A stretch of DNA of 64,000 bases from positions 702 through 64,701 of the forward strand of contig JBOGEX010000106.1 of NCBI GenBank assembly GCA_050741915.1, given 5' to 3'. The notes under the pieces are model-generated. The model did no database searches. It was given only the letters and a program-made list of their open reading frames with translations, and was not told the origin of the DNA. This DNA is from Acidimicrobiia bacterium. GTDB taxonomy: Bacteria; Actinomycetota; Acidimicrobiia; Spongiisociales; ZC4RG35. The translations under genes and the position numbers were made by a program. Shown in pieces: positions 9,671 through 18,209 of the stretch (position 1 is its first letter; every line of letters begins with the position of its first letter).

Positions 9671-10617
9671 GTCCCGGGCAGAAATTGAAAAAGCCCGGAA
9701 GCACCCGAGTAGGGGTTGTAGGCCTCCGGGTCACCGAGGCTCTCGCACTGAATGATGCGGAGCGCCGACTCCGCCCACGCCGACGGGAAATAGGAGGACA
9801 CCAACAGACGCCACCGCTCCACCGCTGGTTTGAGGGGATTGCTGCCGATGGATGGCGGAGGGGGAAGGGTGGTGGCGGTGGTGATTATCGGCGAGGAGAG
9901 TGGGGTGGTGGTCGTGCTCGAACGCTCCGACTGTCGCTCGAGTTCTGCCGCGGCCGCCTGGGCACGCTCCACCCGATCGAGTTCGGCCAGGAAGGTCCGG
10001 TCGGCCGCGCGGGCACGCCCAATCGCGTCGGCGACGGCGCGATCGGCCGCGGCGAACATATCCTCGAGGTGATCGGCCGCGGCCTCGGCAGCAATTTGAA
10101 GAGCGCTTACGTCCGCCATCTCGTTCGTCATGCGAGTACGCAACTGCTCGAGGTTGCGACGGTTCACCGCCAGAATCGAAACTTGGTCCTCCTCATCGCC
10201 GGCCAGCAGGGCGATGATGGGGCGCCGAAGCATGGCTTGCAGAACATTCTTGCTTTCGAAGACCAGGCCGATCGGCTCCGCCAACGCCTCCATATAGGCG
10301 TCGGCCGCCAGCGAATCGACCCGGGCGGTGACTCGGGCTAGTTCGGTGCCCGCCGCTCCTACCAGCTCGCCGAGGCGATCCACCGAGGCGGCTTTGGTGG
10401 CGAGGAGCGTGGACACCCGCTGGTACTCCTCGAGAGCGGCCAGCAACCGGGCTTCGGTTGCCTCACGGTTGCGAACCGCACCGGCGAGCAGGCTATTGGC
10501 GGAATCTCGCCGATCCTCGGCCTCGTCCAACGCCGTTTGGGCGTGGGAAACCACCGGTAGCACGGCCACCAGGAAAACCAGCGCGAATAAGGCGACTCCT
10601 GCCCGTCGCAGGCCCAT
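9526..10617 (-). CDS. secreted coiled-coil protein with C-terminal lytic transglycosylase (SLT-like) domain
   Basis: ORF 9526..10617 (363 aa). Signal peptide MGLRRAGVALFALVFLVAVLPVVSHAQT, a long Ala/Glu/Arg-rich helical region and a Thr/Pro linker. The C-terminus QCESLGDPEAYNPYSGASGLFQFLPGTW matches the ES...GL(F/M)Q transglycosylase pattern. Confidence 0.7.
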   Translation of the reverse strand: MGLRRAGVALFALVFLVAVLPVVSHAQTALDEAEDRRDSANSLLAGAVRNREATEARLLAALEEYQRVSTLLATKAASVDRLGELVGAAGTELARVTARVDSLAADAYMEALAEPIGLVFESKNVLQAMLRRPIIALLAGDEEDQVSILAVNRRNLEQLRTRMTNEMADVSALQIAAEAAADHLEDMFAAADRAVADAIGRARAADRTFLAELDRVERAQAAAAELERQSERSSTTTTPLSSPIITTATTLPPPPSIGSNPLKPAVERWRLLVSSYFPSAWAESALRIIQCESLGDPEAYNPYSGASGLFQFLPGTWAVISPKAGFAAASVFEPEANVGTAAWLAAYYQNLGRNPWSPWYCTP

Positions 10618-10662
10618 GACTCGCCACCAAGGCTAACCCCCGTCCCCCTATCGCGGTACCGC

Positions 10663-10728
10663 ACCCCCTCCGTCGCCTACGGCGACACCTCCCCCAATGC
10701 GCACTTCGTGTTCTCTGGGGGAGGAAAC
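10663..10728 (-). repeat. GC-rich structured intergenic repeat, family Y (copy with a 19-nt loop insertion)
   Basis: Reverse strand reads gtttcctcccccagagaacacgaagtgcgcattgggggaggtgtcgccgtaggcgacggagggggt. It lies between the peptidase stop (10735) and the transglycosylase start (10617), in the sense orientation. Confidence 0.75.
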
Positions 10729-10734
10729 TCTGGC

Positions 10735-11640
10735 TTAGACGCTGCCTGAGAACGTGTCGCAGCTGTTGGGGTCGCCCGCGTCGTATCCAGTCTGGAACCA
10801 GCGTTGGCGCTGCTCGGAGGTGCCATGATTGAACGACTCGGGGTCAATCCGGCCTTGGGTGGCCATCTGAATTCGGTCGTCGCCCACTGCCGCCGCCGCT
10901 TCCAGGGCCTCGCTGATCTCGCCGGGATCGAGAGCGATGTCCTCCCCGCTCTGCAACTGGCCGACAAAGACTGTCGAAGCCCAGACCCCAGCGAAACAGT
11001 CCGCCTGCAGCTCCATCCGGACCGAGAGGTCGTTGGCCTGGGCGGGATCCTGTTGCTGGAGCTGGCGCACTTGTTCGTTGACCCCGAGCAGGTTCTGGAC
11101 GTGGTGTGCGATCTCGTGGGAGAGGACATACGCCGGGGCAAGGTCGCCGGTGGCCCCGAAGCGGTCGGAGAGCTCCTGGAAAAAGTCCAGATCCAGATAG
11201 ACCTGCTGGTCGAGCGGGCAGTAGTGAGGACCCATCCGGGCGTCGGCCCCACCACAGCCCGAGTCGGTAAAGCCCGTGTAAAGCACGAGCTGGGCGTTCT
11301 GGTACTGACGGCCTGAAGAGGAAAAGATCTCGGCCCACATCGCCTGGTTGTCATCGAGCACGACCGACATGAAGTCGGCCATGTCGGCCTGGGGATCGGT
11401 GGCCGGATCGAGCGGACTTTCAACGGCTGAGGTCTGGGGTGCCGGAGCCAATTCACCCAGGATGTCGCCGAGACCGCCGCCATCGCCACCACCCGTGAGA
11501 AGGGCAACGATGATGGCGATGATGATCGCCAGCCCCCCGCCCCCGGCACCGATCGCCACCCCTGGCCTCCGGCGCCCACCGCTACCACGGACGTCGATGA
11601 TGTCGCCTGATCGCTCCGTTGGCTTGCGGTATCGAACCAT
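10735..11640 (-). CDS. YpfJ-family neutral zinc metallopeptidase
   Basis: ORF 10735..11796 trimmed to ATG 11640 (MVRYRKPTERSGDIIDVRGSGGRRRPG, the family-typical N-terminus). HExxH site YVLSHEIAHHVQN. The longer ORF start would read through repeat Z. Confidence 0.8.
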   Translation of the reverse strand: MVRYRKPTERSGDIIDVRGSGGRRRPGVAIGAGGGGLAIIIAIIVALLTGGGDGGGLGDILGELAPAPQTSAVESPLDPATDPQADMADFMSVVLDDNQAMWAEIFSSSGRQYQNAQLVLYTGFTDSGCGGADARMGPHYCPLDQQVYLDLDFFQELSDRFGATGDLAPAYVLSHEIAHHVQNLLGVNEQVRQLQQQDPAQANDLSVRMELQADCFAGVWASTVFVGQLQSGEDIALDPGEISEALEAAAAVGDDRIQMATQGRIDPESFNHGTSEQRQRWFQTGYDAGDPNSCDTFSGSV

Positions 11641-11652
11641 GTGCGGCGATGG

Positions 11653-11709
11653 TAAGCGAACCCAGGGTTGTAGACGCTGTCCAACAACGTCTACAGCCCA
11701 GAGAACGAG
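11653..11709 (-). repeat. 57-nt intergenic repeat, family Z (copy 1)
   Basis: The reverse complement tcgttctctgggctgtagacgttgttggacagcgtctacaaccctgggttcgctta is about 88 percent identical by eye to 35512-35567 (+). Confidence 0.85.
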
Positions 11710-11779
11710 AAGCGCAGCCAGCGGAACAACCAGATGCGCCCGGGGGGTTTTAGTCTCGTAATCGAATAGGAGCATCCAG

Positions 11780-12403
11780 ATGTTTGGAAGAAACAAATCG
11801 ACCGCCGAAGCATTGTCGGGGCGCGAGGAGGCAATGCCGGTCCCGGCTCGTCACTTCGTCAACGGCAATCCACTGACGGGACCATTTCCTGCGAACCTCG
11901 AAACGGCCATATTCGGCATGGGTTGTTTCTGGGGTGCCGAACGACGCTTCTGGCAGACCCCCGGCGTCTACACCACGGCCGCCGGCTACGCCGGCGGGGT
12001 CACGCCTAACCCGACGTATGAGGAGACCTGCAGCGGGCGCACCGGGCACGCCGAGGTGGTACTAGTCGTGTTCGATCCAGCCGAGGTCACCTATCACGAA
12101 CTCTTGCAACGCTTTTGGGAAGGACACGATCCCACGCAGGGGATGAGGCAGGGGAATGACGTCGGCACCCAGTATCGATCGGCGATCTACACCACCAGCC
12201 CCGAACAGCAGGAGCAGGCCGGAAAGAGCCGCGAGGCGTATCAGGAGGATCTCGAGCGTGCCGGCCACCGGGGACAGATCACCACCGAGATCAAACCGGC
12301 CGGACCGTTCTACTACGCCGAGGACTACCACCAGCAGTACCTGGGGAAAAACCCCGGTGGCTATTGCGGTCTCGGGGGAACCGGCGTTTCCTGCTCCGCT
12401 TAG
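11780..12403 (+). CDS. msrA: peptide-methionine (S)-S-oxide reductase
   Basis: ORF 11780..12403 (207 aa). Active-site [13 protein letters not shown], then GYAGG...NPTYEE...TGHAEVV. Confidence 0.95.
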   Translation: MFGRNKSTAEALSGREEAMPVPARHFVNGNPLTGPFPANLETAIFGMGCFWGAERRFWQTPGVYTTAAGYAGGVTPNPTYEETCSGRTGHAEVVLVVFDPAEVTYHELLQRFWEGHDPTQGMRQGNDVGTQYRSAIYTTSPEQQEQAGKSREAYQEDLERAGHRGQITTEIKPAGPFYYAEDYHQQYLGKNPGGYCGLGGTGVSCSA

Positions 12404-12507
12404 CCAATCCTGCGATCTGATACGTGAATGGTCACCCCATTCTCATCCTCGGTGGTGGCGCCAGCCCATGAGAAGCTGTGGGCTGGTAGGGCGGTACAAC
12501 AGCCTTA

Positions 12508-12524
12508 CCAACCCTGGGTTCGCT
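12508..12524 (+). repeat. partial copy of repeat Z core (ccaaccctgggttcgct)
   Basis: The 17-nt core, containing the mini-palindrome AACCCTGGGTT, is shared with 11653-11709 and 35512-35567. It lies in the convergent msrA/S41 gap. Confidence 0.5.
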
Positions 12525-12538
12525 GAAAGGCGGCGGGG

Positions 12539-13954
12539 TTACCAACCGCTGAGGTCGGAGACGGCCATCACTAGCTGATCGATGGTGAGTTCCCCGTCGA
12601 GGTCGGCGGCGATGTCGGGCGTGACGCCGTTCTCGCCGAAGTCATGGCCCTCGGCAGTGACCCAACGGGCGACGGTCAGCTTGAGGGCTCCGCCGTTGGA
12701 GAGTCCATATCTCTGCTGGACGGTGTTTTTGCCAAAGGTGTTGCCACCGATCACCACCGCCCGGTTTCGCTCCTGCAACGCCGCCGATAGGACCTCCGAG
12801 GCGCTGGCACTGCCCCGGTTGACTAAAACCGCCACTGGCAACGAGCCGTCGGCGAGCAAGCCACCTTCCTCGGCGTCGTAGACCTCCTCGTTCTCGGGTC
12901 CGATGGTCCTCACCACAACCCCGTCAGAGAAGAACTCGCTGGCGATCTGGACGGTGGCAAAAAGCGCACCACCTGGGTTGTCGCGGAGGTCGATGACGAG
13001 TTGGTCGATCCCCGCCGCGACCAGGCTGTCGAGCGCATCGTGGAATTGAGAGTCGGAGCTGTCGGTGAAGACGTTCAGCTTGAGGTAGCCGACATCGCCT
13101 ACCACCTCGCTTTCCACCACTGGGACCGAGATCGACGCCCGCACGATCCCGAACTCGATCTCCCTGCCGTCACGGTTCACCGTCAAGCTGACTCTGGTGC
13201 CAGCCTGTCCTCGCACAGCCGCGGTCACCTCGTCAACGGTCCAGCCGTCGATTGACTCGCCATTGACCGCGGCGAAGACGTCGCCCACAGCCAATCCCTG
13301 GGCCTCCGCGGGACTTCCGTCGAAGACCGAGATGACCACCAGACGACAGCTCACCGAGACGACGCTGCAGGGAGTGGATTCCGGATCCTCGGCGGTGAGA
13401 TCCTCCGAGGCGACCACTGCCCCGATTCCTTCCACCGAGCCGCCTTGGTCTTCGGCCAGCATTCGCAGCGCGGCCGGATCGAGATAGACGCTGTTGGGAT
13501 CGAGAGCATTCATCAGACCGACCACCGCCGCTTCCTCGGCCACCTCGAAGGGCACTCTTTCGGCAGCCCACTCCTGGCAAACCGAAACGAATTCAGGGGC
13601 AGGAATGACACACTCGCCGACGGCATTGCTCGGGGGTTCCTCGAGAGCATCGACCTCGAGGGCGGCGGCACTGGCCAATTCGGCGTCGCTCATCTGGTCG
13701 ACATATTTCTCTTCGATCAAGCGATACGCCTCGCAGAGCAAGGCCGATTCGTCGGCGCCACAGGTGCGGAAGGCGACGGGTGAGGTCGAAGTGGTCGCCA
13801 CGCTGGCCGTCGTCGTGGTAACCGGCGCCATTTCTGACGTCGACGAGGGCGTCACCGTGGTGGGCGCGCCCCCCTCCCCGCCTGCGGGGAGAGAGACGGC
13901 GGCGCACCCGACCACGACGATGAAGAGAAGAGCCCGGAGCGTCCCAACAATCAC
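12539..13954 (-). CDS. S41 family C-terminal processing peptidase, lipoprotein (PDZ-containing)
   Basis: ORF 12539..13999. Motif NRGSASASEVLSAALQERNRAVVIGGNTFGKN (Ser/Lys dyad region) and a PDZ-like segment. I prefer GTG 13954 (MIVGTLRALLFIVVVGCAA, lipobox VVGC). The first 15 codons from TTG 13999 lie inside an AT-rich palindrome with non-coding-like third positions. Confidence 0.85.
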   Translation of the reverse strand: MIVGTLRALLFIVVVGCAAVSLPAGGEGGAPTTVTPSSTSEMAPVTTTTASVATTSTSPVAFRTCGADESALLCEAYRLIEEKYVDQMSDAELASAAALEVDALEEPPSNAVGECVIPAPEFVSVCQEWAAERVPFEVAEEAAVVGLMNALDPNSVYLDPAALRMLAEDQGGSVEGIGAVVASEDLTAEDPESTPCSVVSVSCRLVVISVFDGSPAEAQGLAVGDVFAAVNGESIDGWTVDEVTAAVRGQAGTRVSLTVNRDGREIEFGIVRASISVPVVESEVVGDVGYLKLNVFTDSSDSQFHDALDSLVAAGIDQLVIDLRDNPGGALFATVQIASEFFSDGVVVRTIGPENEEVYDAEEGGLLADGSLPVAVLVNRGSASASEVLSAALQERNRAVVIGGNTFGKNTVQQRYGLSNGGALKLTVARWVTAEGHDFGENGVTPDIAADLDGELTIDQLVMAVSDLSGW

Positions 13955-13956
13955 TT

Positions 13957-14000
13957 CTTGCGTAAATTTGGACACGTTTACGTGTCCAAATTTACGCAAG
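13957..14000. repeat. 44-bp AT-rich perfect palindrome (21-bp arms, 2-nt centre) between the two S41 peptidase genes
   Basis: cttgcgtaaatttggacacgt tt acgtgtccaaatttacgcaag. The flanks extend imperfectly (caatcactt / aatgatcact). Confidence 0.9.
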
Positions 14001-14008
14001 AATGATCA

Positions 14009-15364
14009 CTAGCCGAGGGCACCTAGCACCGCGTCGATAACGCTGGGGACATCGGCGGTCGGGTCAAGATTGAGTGCAACATCGGGGACGACACCGGTCC
14101 CCGCCACGGATGCGCCCTCCGCGGTGGTCCAGGTGGCGATCGTGAGCCGGAGCAGACCACCGTTTCTGAGCTCGAACGACGACTGCACGAGGTTCTTTCC
14201 GAACGTCGGTGCCCCCACCACCACCGCCCGACCTCTTTCCTGAAGCGACGCCGCCAGAATCTCGGCGGCCGAAGCACTGTTCTCGTTGACCAGGAGGATC
14301 AAAGGCAACCGGAGGGCGATGCCACCCTCCACCGCCGGATAGTCGAAGCTGCCGGCCCGCTCCTGGGTTCGATACAAGACCCCACTACCGACAAACTCCG
14401 AACCGACGATCGAGGCGGAGAACAAGAACCCACCCGGATTGTCTCGCAAGTCGACGATCAATTGATCGACGCCGGCGTCGTTGAACGATCCCAGCCAGGC
14501 GTGCAAAGCGAGATGAGTATCGAGCCCAAATTCGGGCAGCCGTAGATAGGCAGTCGAGCCGACGATCTCCCCCGTCATCGGGATCGCGTCCGCCGCCGAC
14601 CGGGTCAGCGTGATATCGGCGGCATCGACTGTGATAACAGTTCTTGTCCCCGGGTCTCCCGCCAGCATGCCGGCCGCCTCCACGATCCCCAGTCCTTCGA
14701 CCGGTTCTCCATCGATGGCAGTGATGACACTCCCAGCTTCGATTCCGGCTTCCTCTGCGGCCGAATCAGGAAGCACCGTCACGACCTGCAGCGGACATGA
14801 AGGCGCTACTCGCACACATGGCGAACCGGCCGCCGTCAACGCCGCAATCACCATTCCCACGCCGGGAACAATCCCGTCCTCACCGATCGAGCTGGAAAGC
14901 TCGGGCGGCACATAGACGTTGTATGGGTCGACCATCGCCGACAGAACGCCGCCGACCGCTCCCTCGACGATGTCGCTGACGGAAGCGGATGAGGCGACCA
15001 TCTCGGTCCGGATCGATTCGCACAGCGGAGCGAACTCCTCCGAGGGAACCGCGCAGACGAGACCGCGGGGAAGCTCCTCAGTATCTGCTGCCTCGAAGGT
15101 TGCAACCGCGTCGATTGCGGCGGTAGCCATCGTCGGTCGGTCGGGAGGGCTGAAGTGGTTCGTCTCGATGAGTTCGACCACCTCGCAGAGAACGGAGAAA
15201 GTCACCGGTGGAGTCCCACAACCCTGGATCGTGACCTCGAGATCGGCGGGTGAGGTTGTAGTGGCCGCGGTCGTCACCGGCACTAACGCGGTCGTCGAAA
15301 CGCTGGTCGAACCACCACAGGCAGCTGCCAGCAGAAGCGCAAGCGATGCCCGGAGGCGTTTCAT
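14009..15364 (-). CDS. S41 family C-terminal processing peptidase, lipoprotein (paralog)
   Basis: ORF 14009..15979 trimmed to ATG 15364 (MKRLRASLALLLAAACGG lipobox). Motif NENSASAAEILAASLQERGRAVVVGAPTFGKN. The upstream part of the ORF overlaps the amidohydrolase gene and is not coding-like. Confidence 0.85.
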   Translation of the reverse strand: MKRLRASLALLLAAACGGSTSVSTTALVPVTTAATTTSPADLEVTIQGCGTPPVTFSVLCEVVELIETNHFSPPDRPTMATAAIDAVATFEAADTEELPRGLVCAVPSEEFAPLCESIRTEMVASSASVSDIVEGAVGGVLSAMVDPYNVYVPPELSSSIGEDGIVPGVGMVIAALTAAGSPCVRVAPSCPLQVVTVLPDSAAEEAGIEAGSVITAIDGEPVEGLGIVEAAGMLAGDPGTRTVITVDAADITLTRSAADAIPMTGEIVGSTAYLRLPEFGLDTHLALHAWLGSFNDAGVDQLIVDLRDNPGGFLFSASIVGSEFVGSGVLYRTQERAGSFDYPAVEGGIALRLPLILLVNENSASAAEILAASLQERGRAVVVGAPTFGKNLVQSSFELRNGGLLRLTIATWTTAEGASVAGTGVVPDVALNLDPTADVPSVIDAVLGALG

Positions 15365-15401
15365 TCGACGCCCATTCTCGCTGTCGTCGTCGCTACCTTC
15401 C

Positions 15402-16502
15402 ATGGGGCGCATGTCGCTTCTGATTCGGACATGGAACGATTCTCTAAAGCAGTTCTCGATCAACGGCGGGTGCTGGACCGAGCCGGGCTCTGAGCCCGAA
15501 ATCGATCTGAGGGGGTACTGGGCATTGCCTGGTCTGGCCGATTGCCACGCACACCTGGCGGCCGATTCGCTGCAGGACCCCTTGAGGGCCGGGGAGATCG
15601 AAGGCATCAAACGACGGGTGTTCGCCCAGTTGCAGAATGGCGTTTTCCTGGTCATCGACAAAGGCTGGCGCGACGACGTCGTCCTGCGACTGACCGAGAC
15701 CCCGCCCGTCACGAGGCCCGAACTGCGGGGCGCCGGCCACATCATCGCTGGACCCGGCGGATACTTCCGAGGCTTTGCGGTCGAGGTGTCCGATCGCGAA
15801 CTCCCTACGGCCATCAAGGCGGCCGATCGTCGCGGTGGCTGGGTGAAGTTGATCGGGGATTGGCCCCAAAAGGGCAAGGGCCCGGTGGTCAACTTCTCAG
15901 AAGTTGCGCTCGCCAAAGCGTGTCGCATCGCCCACGAGGTGGGACTCAAAGTTGCGATCCATACCATGGGACCGGACACGCCGGGGATGGCGGTGCGGGC
16001 CGGGTGCGACTCGATCGAGCATGGCCTCTACCTCTCGAAAGACGACCTCGAGCTCCTCGGGCAGCGCCGAGGCGCCTGGGTCCCAACCATCTGCAACACA
16101 GAGGACGTGATCTCTGGCTTCACCCCTGGATCAACTGCCGGCCGTGTGCTCGGGACCGGACTCGAAAACGTTCGCAGCCTGCTTCCGCTGGCCGCCGACA
16201 TGGGGGTAGCGGTTCTGGCGGGCACCGACCTCGGACTTCCGCATGGCAAGGTGGCACTCGAGGCCCAGCGCCTCAAGGAATACGGGCTCACCGGGCGAGA
16301 GGCGGTCGACGCCTCGGGGCCCAATGCCTACGGCTACCTGGGCCTGCCGGGACTGGCAGTCGGGGCCAGCGCCGACCTTCTCCTTTTCGATACCGATCCC
16401 GCCGACGACGTCACCGCTCTCACGCGGCCAGTTCTAGGCATTCGCCGCGGTGGCGTGGTCTTCGATCGGCTCGGAATCCTCACAGGATCCCGAGCGGTCT
16501 AG
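15402..16502 (+). CDS. amidohydrolase family metal-dependent hydrolase
   Basis: ORF 14919..16502 trimmed to ATG 15402 (alternative ATG 15411). LPGLADCHAHL metal-binding HxH motif, later SIEHG and GTD motifs. Confidence 0.75.
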   Translation: MGRMSLLIRTWNDSLKQFSINGGCWTEPGSEPEIDLRGYWALPGLADCHAHLAADSLQDPLRAGEIEGIKRRVFAQLQNGVFLVIDKGWRDDVVLRLTETPPVTRPELRGAGHIIAGPGGYFRGFAVEVSDRELPTAIKAADRRGGWVKLIGDWPQKGKGPVVNFSEVALAKACRIAHEVGLKVAIHTMGPDTPGMAVRAGCDSIEHGLYLSKDDLELLGQRRGAWVPTICNTEDVISGFTPGSTAGRVLGTGLENVRSLLPLAADMGVAVLAGTDLGLPHGKVALEAQRLKEYGLTGREAVDASGPNAYGYLGLPGLAVGASADLLLFDTDPADDVTALTRPVLGIRRGGVVFDRLGILTGSRAV

Positions 16503-16527
16503 GGTTCTCCGACCGATCGGGGGAGAA

Positions 16528-18144
16528 ATGATGATGAAACACAGATCCCTTTGGTTGTTCGTGCTCCTGCTGGCGCTGGTGGGACTGCCGGCCGCACAGG
16601 CGCAAACCACCCTTCCTCCGGGGGGGACATTCTTAGACGACGACGGCAATCCCCATGAGGGAGCGATCGAGGCGATCGCCGCCGCCGACATCACCACTGG
16701 CTGCAGTCCGGAGCTCTTCTGCCCAAGTGCCCCGGTCACCCGGGCCGAGATGGCGGCCTTCCTCGTCAGAGCCCTCAACCAGAGTCCGCTGGCGGCCTCC
16801 GGGACCTTCAGCGATGTCGGGGCCGGTCAGTGGTACACCGGCTTTGTCGAGCGGATTGCCCAACTCGGTATCTCGACCGGCTACGCCGACGGCACCTTCC
16901 GGCCCCTCCACCCGACCTCCCGAGGCGAGATGGCCCTATTCCTGATGAGGGCCCTCGACCTGACTCCGATCCCCCACGCAAGCACCTTCAGTGATGTCGA
17001 GCCCGGAGCCTTTTTCACCGAGGCGGTCGAAGCCATCGCCGCCGACGGAATCACTAACGGTTGCGGCGGTGGTCGCTACTGCCCGTTCGATCAAGTACTT
17101 CGCGACCAGATGGCGACCTTCCTCACCCGGGGCTGGGACCTGACTCCCAACGTCCCCCCTCCACGCACGAATACCCTCGCTCTCGCCACCATCGCCACGG
17201 GCTTCGATAGCCCGCTCTTCCTGGCCTCTCCCCCCGGCGACGACCGACTGTTTGTGGTCGAGCAGACCGGACGGATTCTCATCGTCGGCGGAGAAACCTT
17301 CCTCGACCTCTCGGGCGCAGTCTCGAGTGGCGGTGAACGAGGTCTCTTGGGACTCGCCTTCCATCCCGACTATGCCAGCAACGGTCGCTTCTTCGTCAAC
17401 TACACCAATGCCTCGGGCGACACCCGGGTGGTCGAATACGAGGCATCGCCGGATCCCAACCGCGCCGACACCGGCAGCGCCAGACAACTGCTGGCCATCG
17501 ACCAGCCCGCCTCCAACCACAACGGGGGCTGGCTCGGTTTCGGTCCCGACGGCTTGCTCTATATCGCCATGGGTGACGGTGGCGGAGCCAACGATCAGTT
17601 CGGCAACGCCCAGGACCCATCGAGCCTTTTGGGCAAGATCCTGCGGATGAACCCCGACCAACCCGGGGCGGAGATCTGGGTGACCGGCGCCCGCAACCCG
17701 TGGCGCAACTCCTTCGACGGTGACCTGCTCTTCGTCGCCGATGTCGGCCAGAACGCTCGGGAAGAGGTGAATGTGATCTCGCGCCTGGCCACCGGGGTCA
17801 ACCTGGGATGGCCGCTGATGGAAGGCAGCAACTGTCTCAGCGGCCCCTGCGGAGGTTTCGTCGGACCGGTGGCCGAGTACACCCACAGCCAGGGTTGTTC
17901 GATCACCGGTGGGTATGTATACCGCGGCACCGCTCTGGCCGGATTGGCCGGCACCTATTTTTATTCCGACTTCTGCGAAGGGACGCTGCGCTCGTTCCGC
18001 TACACCGGGACCGGGATCACCGACAGCAAAATCTGGGGCGAAGTTGGTGACATGGGATCGGTGACCTCCTTCGGAGTCGACTCGGCCGGCGAGATCTATG
18101 TGGTCACCCAGGATGGGAGGATCCGCAAAATCACCCCTGGCTAG
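16528..18144 (+). CDS. secreted protein: three SLH domains fused to a PQQ-dependent sugar dehydrogenase (GSDH/sorbosone dehydrogenase-like beta-propeller)
   Basis: ORF 16450..18144 trimmed to ATG 16528 (gggggagaa SD; signal peptide MMMKHRSLWLFVLLLALVGLPAAQA). SLH repeat example: FSDVGAGQWYTGFVERIAQLGISTGYADGTFRPLHPTSRGEMALFLMRAL. Propeller motifs GLAFHPDY, HNGGWLGFGPDGLLYIAMGDGG and GARNPWR. Confidence 0.8.
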   Translation: MMMKHRSLWLFVLLLALVGLPAAQAQTTLPPGGTFLDDDGNPHEGAIEAIAAADITTGCSPELFCPSAPVTRAEMAAFLVRALNQSPLAASGTFSDVGAGQWYTGFVERIAQLGISTGYADGTFRPLHPTSRGEMALFLMRALDLTPIPHASTFSDVEPGAFFTEAVEAIAADGITNGCGGGRYCPFDQVLRDQMATFLTRGWDLTPNVPPPRTNTLALATIATGFDSPLFLASPPGDDRLFVVEQTGRILIVGGETFLDLSGAVSSGGERGLLGLAFHPDYASNGRFFVNYTNASGDTRVVEYEASPDPNRADTGSARQLLAIDQPASNHNGGWLGFGPDGLLYIAMGDGGGANDQFGNAQDPSSLLGKILRMNPDQPGAEIWVTGARNPWRNSFDGDLLFVADVGQNAREEVNVISRLATGVNLGWPLMEGSNCLSGPCGGFVGPVAEYTHSQGCSITGGYVYRGTALAGLAGTYFYSDFCEGTLRSFRYTGTGITDSKIWGEVGDMGSVTSFGVDSAGEIYVVTQDGRIRKITPG

Positions 18145-18209
18145 AAGACCTGGCGGGCCTCGGCAACGTGGCAGGATTCAGTCTTCTCGACAAGGAGTCA
18201 AAAGGTCTC

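Noticed and set aside
10618-10734. Possible c-di-AMP (ydaO-type) riboswitch upstream of the cell-wall hydrolase gene, as seen in some actinobacteria.
   Set aside because: The leader is only about 117 nt and is largely occupied by a copy of repeat family Y. I could not recognise the conserved ydaO core by eye. A cmsearch against Rfam would be needed to revisit this.
15365-15979. Long N-terminal extension of the S41 peptidase ORF (656 aa in the track) overlapping the amidohydrolase gene.
   Set aside because: An internal ATG at 15364 gives a textbook lipoprotein signal peptide, and the extension has no homology-like features. The same logic was used to trim ORFs 10735..11796, 16450.., 18168.., 31950.., 37079.., 44816.., 47160..48821, 53566..55962, 60330..61685 and 61686..62909.
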